NCBI GenBank assembly: GCA_965235115.1
Contig: OZ249436.1
Span: 48,672,001-48,736,000 of the forward strand
DNA from: Laetmonice hystrix
Lineage: Eukaryota
Direction of reading: 5' to 3'
DNA: 64,000 nt
Part shown: positions 38,688 through 49,900 of the stretch, in pieces
Position numbering within the stretch: the first letter of the stretch is position 1
Layout of the letters: the number at the start of each line of letters is the position of its first letter
Notes under the pieces: model-generated
Databases searched by the model: none
Seen by the model: only the letters and a program-made list of their open reading frames with translations
Told to the model about the DNA's origin: nothing
Program-made: the position numbers and the translations under genes

Positions 38688-40746
38688 CACTGGCTACACA
38701 CTGATCATCGTAACGCGCGTTACGCTGATCCAAGATGGAGGAAGGCAGGTCTCGCTTCAACTAAAACGAGGCGTATTTCAAGCAGTTCCGTGTCTCTGAT
38801 TCATCTGTAAGACGTCAGAGTTGTTTATTGTAATGGTGGCATCATGTTTGGTGAACCTCGGCGCCTGAGATTGCCTAGAAATCTCAAAAATCGCTCCGAA
38901 AATTTTCGCTGTGATACCCGTAACGCGGACAAGCATGTTGACAAATGATACCCGTAACGCGAATTATTGATACCCGTAACGCGACTCATTGCTGGTTAGC
39001 CTGCCATTCACTCGTAAGCTGTACTGCCTTTATTCTTCGTCTTTCAAGTAGAAAACCCATTCTCACCAGTTTTCGTTTGAAGGGAATTTAATTGTTTGTG
39101 TTATTTGAAATCTTGTGCAGGTTGTGGCAGAGTTTTGACAGTTTAACTTCATGTAGAACGGAGTACGTTAGCGGTAGCCACGCTCGCAAACGCGAATACT
39201 TCCAGCCTGTGGCGAGTTCCACTGCCAAAATAAACCACCAAATTCGCCACGCCTGCAAATTCCAGCTGTCTCCAGTTTATAGCCCAGGTCCCCCCCCCCC
39301 CCCCCCCCCCCATGCACGCCTGATCCACCACTGACTGTGGTTGGAGCACGTGTGTCGGTGTGACATGTAGGTGGTCAGAGACCAGGGTGACCGACCCACC
39401 CGACCCGGTCTCTCCGCCAGGCCAGGCCAGCCGCCCGTATGCGTCTGTTCCCCCTAGTCTACTACGGACTACCCCAGGTCAGGCCGGCCCTCAGTACTGG
39501 CCCGTCTCCCCGGCCTGGGTCCAGTCAATCTGGGGTGAGTTTATGACAGATGCCAGTCAGCCTGTAGGAGTAATATAGGCCTAGTTTAAATGATATCCCG
39601 ATTACCTGGCAGGCTGAGTGTGCCAGGAGAGGACAGGCGACACATAGTATGGCTGAGGTCACATGGCATGAAGGTGGGGCTCGGCCGCTCAGTACGGGGG
39701 TCGGGGGTGTGAGGGGTGGGGGCTGTCAGGGGGGGATCGCTGTGATGAGAGGGTATTATAGCCTAGGTACCCGTCAATTTGGGCCAGGCCTCCTCTGAGG
39801 TGTAGGTGTACTGTACTGGATCCCAATATTCTTGCTGCTCAAGAGGGCCACTTGTGTAGAGTTGTCCTCGAGATATAGGACAGCTTATTCCCCCAAAAAC
39901 GTTCACTAGGCCTACACACAGATGGCAAATGAAAGTACATGTACTTTATATTATACAGAGAAATTAAGACTGTATAATACATGTATAATGAACTCTGGTT
40001 ACCTAAATAAAAAACATTAAAACAACTGTGGCTAGAACTTTTTCCCTGTGGCTAGTTCTTTTCCTCAGTTGTTAGCCATGCACTGTGGCTAATACCCAAA
40101 ATTCACTAGCGTACTCCCTGTAGGAGTCAGGGTGCTCTACCCCGGGGTACTGGGGAAGGACAAAGCATCTCGATCTCTCATGGTGCCTGCCAGGCATGTC
40201 TTAGATTCGTGACCCCGCCCTGGGGTCCACACACACTCTGTATGGTAACACCTATAGTAGTATAGTATAGTATCACACACGCTGTTAATCCGCGCCCTAT
40301 TATGTACGTGTACCTCATGGTTTTACCTTAATACTGAAGTAGATAATGCTCATTACAAAGTTGAGATTCATTATCAGATCACGAGCCGATGTTGAAAGTC
40401 GTCTACTCGTCTACGTAAAAACCTTTAGGCTTAGTGAAAGGTTTAGGTGCCGCGTTACGCCTATCCTGTCACCAAATTAAACTTGCGTTACGGGGATCAG
40501 CGCTGCGCGTTACGGGTATCATCGCCAAATCTTCTGCGTCCATTTTCTCTTAATCTACGCCCGTCTAGGACCCCAAACTGAGACAAACGGCAGGCACACA
40601 TTGTTATCATGATATTCAGATGTTGTTTTATGTTGTTGATGCACCGTAGCCCTTGTAACTTGAACAAAAACACGCGAAGCGAGCATCGGGATCGTCCATC
40701 TTGGATCAGCGTAACGCGCGTTACGATGATCAGTGTGTAGCCAGTG
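38688..40746. mobile_element. Non-autonomous DNA transposon with a Transib/RAG-like terminal signature
   Basis: 52-bp perfect TIRs cactggctacacactgatcatcgtaacgcgcgttacgctgatccaagatgga; TSD cttat at 38683-38687 and 40747-40751; three subterminal gatnnncgtaacgc repeats near each end; no transposase ORF. The element is well supported; the superfamily is inferred. Confidence 0.85.
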
Positions 40747-42224
40747 CTTATGTAGGCCTGATCACTGCCCTCGGTCAGCGCGGGCGGACACTGGGTTATG
40801 CCACCAGTGCCATCTGGCGGCTAAGATGTACACCACAACGTAAGCCCAGATAGCACGTCAGGGACTCGTAAATGAAAAGACGAGCTACACCCGAGTCCTC
40901 CCCCAATTGATTTTTAGAGTGCCGGGCCTATCATCGCTAATCGTCCTAAACAAATCAGTCCAATACGCAATCAGACCGATTCCATGTCGGGAAATAGGCC
41001 TAGGCCTACATTCGGATCGTAAAAACGTAAGAACGCCATATTGCCTGGCTGACGTCACAAAACTATTTTCAAAATGGCAGGTGATGTATATAGGTTACCA
41101 ACAGACATGACATTGTGTTCGGGGAGAAGCGACGCATGCACCTTCTAGTGTTATGCATACTGTCTGTGAGTCGAAGGCTGAATGGCAAACGAATTAGATC
41201 TAAGGCTGTCGCTCGCAAATCTTAGAAATCCTTCAAGAAAGTCTCTTTGAATTGTTATCGCACACGGGTGCGCTAGGCCTATGCCAGGGCATCTTGTCAT
41301 CGTGTGGGCGCCGCCATCATGGTAAAAGTCGGACGGCTAAAATTGTATTGTGACATCAAATTATGTGAACCTGTTAGGGCCTACTTAATTGTTTGCTCAT
41401 TATCAACATGTAAAGTCGGTAAAAACTTGTTTATGCACACAACACATAAAACAGTTGGTCAATCGACTGCACTAAATTTTTAATCGGCTGGATCAGAGAC
41501 CACACCACACATCCGGCGGATTCCCGGCAAATGACCGTCAAATGTCTACACTTTCACTGTCCGAGTCTATTTCCCGAAAGCAAAGTAAACCGGAAATGGC
41601 TCGGTCGTTCCAATTGTCCAATATATACAGTTTCTTTATGCAGGTTTTATTTAAAGTGTTTATTTTACACTGTTTTCCTTTATAGGCCTGAGGAGCCCTA
41701 TTTTCACCCTGCCACTGCAGAACTTTAGTCTCAAGTTGCCCTGATGGACTGGCACGTAACCCGTTGATTCGATCTGAAACAAAGCCAGAAATCCACTTAT
41801 AGGCCTACATTGAAACCGCGTTACGGGGCTCTAAAATAGGACAATTTATTCATTGTAGGCCTAATCCGAAAGATAATGTGAGATACATTTTTTAGGCGGG
41901 GACGTTCTAAAGAGATTCCACTAGATGTAGTAAATTATGAAAGCCACTTCGGAAAAGTTGTTTACAGGCCAAAGGCAGAACATCAAATACTGTTGTTAGA
42001 ATGGTATGCCTGCCCAAAAATTGAACATGCAGACTCTGGAGGCCTAGAAAATTAAGTCATATAGAATCGAGAGGGACAATCTGGGGCACGGTGTGTTGGG
42101 AGGCAGGCATGGATCCATGGGGTGACTTTGTTACATTATTTGGCCGCTTTATGGTCCTTTGGTTCCAATAACCTTCATATTTCAAGTAAGAATTTCGAAA
42201 TTAGTTTGAATGAATTCTTAAAAA

Positions 42225-42957
42225 GTCTGCCCCCCCTTAAAACAAAATCCGGGATCCGTGCCGGGGGGGGGGGGGCGTAGGCCTACCTTGTTTCCTCGGT
42301 GATGGGTTCGGGGGGCACTGTTTAACGGAAGGACGTTCGGATGGACATGAACGAGCTCCGGTCTACTTTCTCCTGGACCGGGTTCGACCTAAAACAGCAA
42401 GACAAGTAGCTATGTCCGATTCGGTTGCTTTGCCTGAATTTGTTACCTTTTGTTAAAACCTAGATCAGGCCCCGATATCTATATACCCAGTCCCCAAGGC
42501 TTGTAGTTATATACTTGTAAAAATATTTTTAAAAAGTAGTTTGTGCCCCCCTGCCTTTAAAAAAATCCGGGGTCCGTGCCGGGGGGGGGGGCGTACCTTG
42601 TTTCCTCGGTGATGGGTTCGGGGGGCACTGTTTGACGAAAGGACGTTCGGATAGACATGAACGAGCTCCGGTCTACTTTCTCCTCCTGGGCGGGTTTCGA
42701 CCTACAATAGCAAGACAAGTATATAGGTATGATCTACATATACCACAGCGATAAACCATGAGCGTAGACTCTATGGGGACCCTTTGGGTAAGGGGGAGCA
42801 GGGGGGTAAATTTGTCCGGAATTTCTCTGTCCGATTTTGTCTCTTGTTGCTTTGCCCGAATTTGTTGACGTTTGTTAAAACCTATATAGATCAGGCCCCG
42901 ATACCCAGTCCCCAAGGCTTGTAGGCCTTTACATAGTTGTGAAAATAGTTTGAAAAC
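42225..42957. repeat. Diverged local tandem duplication (~315-bp first copy, longer second copy)
   Basis: aaatccgggrtccgtgcc(g)n...ccttgtttcctcggtgatgggttcggggggcactg...cagtccccaaggcttgtag occurs twice. Confidence 0.85.
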
Positions 42958-43978
42958 GTCATCTTGATTCAATGGCAACATTTAATAAATATGAGTTTGG
43001 CAACACCCTCCGCACTTGAAAGCATTTAATGCCTTTTATTTTTTGTGCACCATGCACGTAAGGCAATAACTCCCAAAGGAGTGCGAACAATACGATTCGC
43101 CTTTCGGGGTAAATCTTCTACTCACGCATGGGTTCGTTGTCTGTCGGCTGGGTGGGTTTTAGGGTTGACGACATGGTCCTTCTTCTTAAAACGATGGCTT
43201 TCACTCATCCTGACTTAGAATATCACAGGCGGCAATGAGAAAAACTATTTCTGACGCAAACTGTTAACAATTGTGCCGTCAGTCGACGTCTATTATTGTC
43301 AGGAAACTGTGAAGGTTCAAGTAGTCTCACCGTTGGCTGTAACACAGTTTGTCTAGCAGCGTCCCATGGCAACGATCGACCGCTTTTATCACCGCCGAAT
43401 TCTCATCAATAGTTGATGACCAGAACAGCTATGAGACAGGTAGGGTAGCCTTGAGCCAAGTCATAGTTCGGGCCAATGGTCACTGCACTGATCTGTACAC
43501 ACGGGATCAGACCGCCACAAAGTATGCTACTAAGGACCTTGGATACTCGTCTCTGTACAAACCCAAACTTAATTCGCTCCAACATACTTCCCAGCATCAC
43601 CAGAGGCAGGTTTAGGGCGCCCTCTTAATTCTGCAGGATCACTTTTTAAATTCCTGGATCAGCCCCTGAACAACCACCACCCATTTAGCCTATAGGCCCT
43701 AATAAAATAAAATTAGATTATCGATTGATATATAGATAGATTGGATCCCAATGTTTGAGCTAGTAGGGGCTGCCCCAGCGGTGGAATCAGATTTGGTTTT
43801 GATAAAATGTTTAGGCATACTGGCAGGGGCAATGTAGGTCTAAGTAGGCCCCTATATCTATGCGGAGAGAGTGGTGCCCTCTGGTGTAAGCGGCCTGCAC
43901 TGATAGAAAAACGTTTTTCCAGTGAAGACTCCGTGATTAGATTAAAGAAGACCAAAAGAAAAAATAGCAGGAGATTAG

Positions 43979-46900
43979 CTGGTTGGCCTCCCACACTGCT
44001 TGGCCTCACAGTATACTGTTTGGCCTCAATGTACTCTTTGGGCTCACTGTAGTGTTCGCTTGATATCCCATCCCCAAAATAACAAACAGACAAGGAGAGA
44101 GTACAGCGAGATGTTGCTGGCAGAAAACATCAGGGTGCAGCGCAGCTGCACTGACTGCACTGCCGCCTTCCAGCCAGCGGTGGAATCACCACGTACACCT
44201 GGCCGGGCTGGCAGGCACCTGTGGCTCTTAGGCGAGAGACAGGTTAAAGCAGTGATAAGCGAAAAATGGCTACATTTTTGATACGTCAAATTGAAACTAC
44301 GCCCCCCAAAATTATGATTCTTAGGCCAGATGTATAACTGTCAAACGTATAGGTCTCGTACGTTCGCTACAAATATTATGGTTGTGATGTGTACACTTCC
44401 CATTTGAGTATCTTCTCTAGATTTTAAAATTAGATGCTCCTCGCCTGTACCTTTCATTTCCACTACTTCACTGTAGTGTTTGCATGGCTACTATAGGCCA
44501 GCCGGTAAGATGTAGGGGCTTCTCACTCTACTGGTTGACCTCCCACACTGCTTGGCCCCACAGTGTACTGTTTGGCCTCACTGTACTCTTGGTGCTAGGC
44601 CAGCCAATATCCCTTGTAGCGATTCCTCCCTGTAGGCCTACTGTTTGGCCTCCCTGTACCGTTTGCTTGTATACAAGAGTAGCCAGTAGTATAGGGACGC
44701 CTCATGTTTCATGTTTCATGTTTCCATGCCTTTACTATCCAGGAGGCAGGCCATACGTTTCGTCTATCATCTACTCCCATCTAATCTGTGTCCCCTACAG
44801 ACCATCTGTAAGCGTCCGACAACGTTGTCAGGTCGTCCCAATGACTGTTTGCCGTCAGTGTTTAGTTAGCAATTGGCAAATGACGTTGTACGCCTTCTCT
44901 ATATCAGATATCCCATCCCCAAAATAACAAACAGACAAGGAAAGATTACACCGAGATGTTGCTGGCAGAAAACACCAGGGTGCAGCGCAGCTGCACTGAC
45001 TGCACTGCCGCCTTCCGGCCAGCGGTGGAATCACCACGTACACCTGGCCGGGCTGGCAGGCACCTGTGGCTCTAGGCAAGAGACAGGTTAAAGTAATGAT
45101 AAGCGAAAAATGGCTACATTTTTGTTACGTCAAATTGAAACTACGCCCCCAAAAATTATGATTCTTAGGCCAGATGTATAACTGTCAAACGTATAGGTCT
45201 CGTACGTTCGCTACAGATATATGGTTGTGATGTGTACACTTCCCATTTGAGTATCTTCTCCAGATTTTAACATTAGATGCTCCTCGCCTGTACCTTTCAT
45301 TTCCACTACCTCACTGTAGTGTTTGCATGGCTACTATAGGCCAGCCGGTAAGATGTAGGGGCTTAATATTCTCACTCTACTGGTTGGCCTTCCACACTGC
45401 TAGGCCCCACAGTGTACTGTTTGGCCTCAGTGTACTCTTTGGCCTCACTGTAGTGTTCGCTGGGGTGCTAGGCCAGCCAATATTCCTTGTAGCGATTCCT
45501 CCCTGTACTGTTTGGCCTCCCTGTACTGTTTCCTTGTATACAAGAGTAGCCAGTAGTATAGGGACGCCTTATGTTTCATGTTTCCATGCCTTTACTGTCC
45601 AGGAGGCAGGCCATACGTTTCGTCTATCATCTACTCCCATCTAATCTGTGTCCCCTACAGACCATCTGTAAGCGTCCGACAACGTTGTCAGGTCGTCCCA
45701 ATGACTGTTTGCCGTCAGTGTTTAGTTAGCAATTGGCAAATGACGTTGTACGCCTTCTCTATATCAGATATCCCATCCCCAAAATAACAAACAGACAAGG
45801 AAAGATTACACCGAGATGTTGCTGGCAGAAAACACCAGGGTGCAGCGCAGCTGCACTGACTGCACTGCCGCCTTCCGGCCAGCGGTGGAATCACCACGTA
45901 CACCTGGCCGGGCTGGCAGGCACCTGTGGCTCTAGGCGAGAGACAGGTTAAAGTAATGATAAGCGAAAAATGGCTACATTTTTGTTACGTCAAATTGAAA
46001 CTACGCCCCCAAAAATTATGATTCTTAGGCCAGATGTATAACTGTCAAACGTATAGGTCTCGTACGTTCGCTACAGATATATGGTTGTGATGTGTACACT
46101 TCCCATTTGAGTATCTTCTCCAGATTTTAACATTAGATGCTCCTCGCCTGTACCTTTCATTTCCACTACCTCACTGTAGTGTTTGCATGGCTACTATAGG
46201 CCAGCCGGTAAGATGTAGGGGCTTAATATTCTCACTCTACTGGTTGGCCTTCCACACTGCTAGGCCCCACAGTGTACTGTTTGGCCTCAGTGTACTCTTT
46301 GGCCTCACTGTAGTGTTCGCTGGGGTGCTAGGCCAGCCAATATTCCTTGTAGCGATTCCTCCCTGTACTGTTTGGCCTCCCTGTACTGTTTCCTTGTATA
46401 CAAGAGTAGCCAGTAGTATAGGGACGCCTTATGTTTCATGTTTCCATGCCTTTACTGTCCAGGAGGCAGGCCATACGTTTCGTCTATCATCTACTCCCAT
46501 CTAATCTGTGTCCCCTACAGACCATCTGTAAGCGTCCGACAACGTTGTCAGGTCGTCCCAATGACTGTTTGCCGTCAAGGTTTAGTTAGCAATGGCAAAT
46601 GACGTTGTACGCCTTCTCTATATCAGATATCCCATCCCCAAAATAACAAACAGACAAGGAAAGCAGAAAACAGACAGTAAACACCAGGGTGCAGCGCAGC
46701 TGCACTGACTGCACTGCCGCCTTCCGGCCAGCGGTGGAATCACCACGTACACCTGGCCGGGCTGGCAGGCACCTGTGGCTCTTAGACGAGAGACAGGTTA
46801 AAGCAATGATAAGCGAAAAATGGCTACATTTTTGTTACGTCAAATTGAAACTACGCCCCCCAAAATTATGATTCTTAGGCCAGATGTATAACTGTCAAAC

Positions 46901-49900
46901 GTATAGGTCTCGTACGTTCGCTACAGATATATGGTTGTGATGTGTACACTTTCCATTTGAGTATATTCTCCAGATTTTAACATTAGATGCTCCTCGCCTG
47001 TACCTTTCATTTCCACTACCTCACTGTAGTGTTTGCATGGCTACTATAGGCCAGCCGGTAAGATGTAGGGGCTTAATATTCTCACTCTACTGGTCGGCCT
47101 CCCACACTGCTTGGTCCCACAGTGTGCTGTTTGGCCTCACTGTAGTGTTCGCTGGGGTGCCAGGCCAGCCAATATCCCTTGTAGCGATTCCTCCCTGTAC
47201 TGTTTGGCCTCCCTGTACTGTTTGCTTGTATACAAGAGTAGCCAGTAGTATAGGGACGCCTCATGTTTCATGTTTCCATGCCTTTACTGTCCAGGAGGCA
47301 GGCCATACGTTTCGTCTATCATCTTCTCCCATCTAATCTGTGTCCCCTACAGACCATCTGTAAGCGTCCGACAACGTTATCAGGTCGTCCCAATGACTGT
47401 TTGCCGTCAAGGTTTAGTTAGCAATGGCAAATGACGTTGTACGCCTTCTCTATATCAGATATGCCATCCCCAAAATAACAAACAGACAAGGAAAGCAGAA
47501 AACAGACAGTAAACACCAGGGTGCAGCGCAGCTGCACTGACTGCACTGCCGCCTTCCGGCCAGCGGTGGAATCACCACGTACACCTGGCCGGGCTGGCAG
47601 GCACCTGTGGCTCTTAGGCGAGAGACAGTTTAAGCAATGATAAGCGAAAAATGGCTACATTTTTGTTACGTCAAATTGAAACTACGCCCCCCAAAATTAT
47701 GATTCTTAGGCCAGATGTATAACTGTCAAACGTATAGGTCTCGTACGTTCGCTACAGATATATGGTTGTGATGTGTACACTTCCCATTTGAGTATCTTCT
47801 CCAGATTTTAACATTAGATGCTCCTCGCCTGTACCTTTCATTTCCACTACCTCACTGTAGTGTTTGCATGGCTACTATAGGCCAGCCGGTAAGATGTAGG
47901 GGCTTAATATTCTCACTCTACTGGTTGGCCTCCCACACTGCTTGGCCCCACAGTGGACTGTTTGGCCTCAGTGTACTCTTTGGCCTCACTGTAGTGTTCG
48001 CTGGGGTGCTAGGCCAGCCAATATCCCTTGTAGCGATTCCCCCCTGTACTGTTTGGCCTCCCTGTACCGTTTGCTTGTATACAAGAGTAGCCAGTAGTAT
48101 AGGGACGCCTCATGTTTTATGTTTCCATGCCTTTACTGTCCAGGAGGCAGGCCATACGTTTCGTCTATCATCTACTCCCATCTAATCTGTGTCCCCTATA
48201 CAGACCATCTGTAAGCGTCCGACAACGTTGTCAGGTCGTCCCCATGACTGTTTGCCGTCAAGGTTTAGTTAGCAATGGCAAATGACGTTGTACGCCTTCT
48301 CTATATCAGATATCCCATCCCCAAAATAACAAACAGACAAGGAAAGCAGAAAACAGACAGTAAACACCAGGTTGCAGCGCAGCTGCACTGACTGCACTGC
48401 CGCCTTCCGGCCAACGGTGGAACCACCACGTACACCTGGCCGGGCTGGCACACACCTGTGGCTCTTAGGCGAGAGACAGGTTAAAGCTATGATAAGCGAA
48501 AAATGGCTACATTTTTGTTACGTCAAATTGAAACTACGCCCCCCAAAATTATGATTCTTAGGCCAGATGTATAACTGTCAAACGTATAGGTCTCGTACGT
48601 TCGCTACAGATATATGGTTGTGATGTGTACACTTCCCATTTGAGTATCTTCTCCAGATTTTAACATTAGATGCTCCTCGCCTGTACCTTTCATTTCCACT
48701 ACCTCACTTTAGTGTTTGCATGGCTACTATAGGCCAGCCGGTAAGATGTAGGGGCTTAATATTCTCACTCTACTGGTTGGCCTTCCACACTGCTAGGCCC
48801 CACAGTGTACTGTTTGGCCTCAGTGTACTCTTTGGCCTCACTGTAGTGTTCGCTGGGGTGCTAGGCCAGCCAATATTCCTTGTAGCGATTCCTCCCTGTA
48901 CTGTTTGGCCTCCCTGTACTGTTTCCTTGTATACAAGAGTAGCCAGTAGTATAGGGACGCCTTATGTTTCATGTTTCCATGCCTTTACTGTCCAGAGTCG
49001 GGTCGCATAAATGTTACGTCAGAATTTAGATAGCCCATAATCAATATGTCAAATAGAAGTAACCGACGTAACTGACGTAAGGGGCTTATTTCTACGCAGG
49101 TGGAGCCTGCCTGCGTAACTTCCTAAAATAAGAATTAATATACGAAACTTTGAATTAATGTAGTTTTTAATGTTACATCAACATATATGAAGTTTCATGG
49201 TGGCACGAGGAACATACTCTATGTGGTGCCATTAAAGTTTTAATAAAAATTGATGTAGCGTTGAAATACAGGCCCACATCACGCCAAAGAAAAGTCCCTA
49301 CCGAGGCTCTCCACTTGGACGGAGGCGGGCCTACGTCAAATCGGTATATGAAGTAGCATTCTACTTCTAACGTCAATGCTACGTCAATTTTTAGGCAAAA
49401 ATTTATGGGCCCCGACCCAGGAGGCAGGCCATACGTTTCGTCTATCATCTACTCCCATCTAATCTGTGTCCCCTACAGACCATCTGTAAGCGTCCGACAA
49501 CGTTGTCAGGTCGTCCCAATGACTGTTTGCCGTCAAGGTTTAGTTAGCAATGGCAAATGACGTTGTACGCCTTCTCTATATCAGATATTCCATCCCCAAA
49601 ATAACAAACAGACAAGGAAAGGAGAAAACAGACAGTAAACACCAGGGTGCAGCGCAGCTGCACTGACTGCACTGCCGCCTTCCGGCCAGCGGTTGAATCA
49701 CCACGTACACCTGGCCGGGCTGGCAGGCACCTGTGGCTCTTAGACGAGAGACAGGTTAAAGCAATGATAAGCGAAAAATGGCTACATTTTTGTTACGTCA
49801 AATTGAAACTACGCCCCCCAAAATTATGATTCTTAGGCCAGATGTATAACTGTCAAACGTATAGGTCTCGTACGTTCGCTACAGATATATGGTTGTGATG

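Noticed and set aside
45612..45640. Minus-strand tagatgatagacgaaac as a hammerhead ribozyme core in the satellite
   Set aside because: It has GAAAC but TAGATGA in place of the required CTGANGA, and no convincing stems.
45836..45930. HDV-like ribozyme fold on the minus strand of the GC-rich island
   Set aside because: P1- and P2-like pairings can be drawn, but the G1 wobble, P1.1 geometry and the catalytic J4/2 motif are missing.
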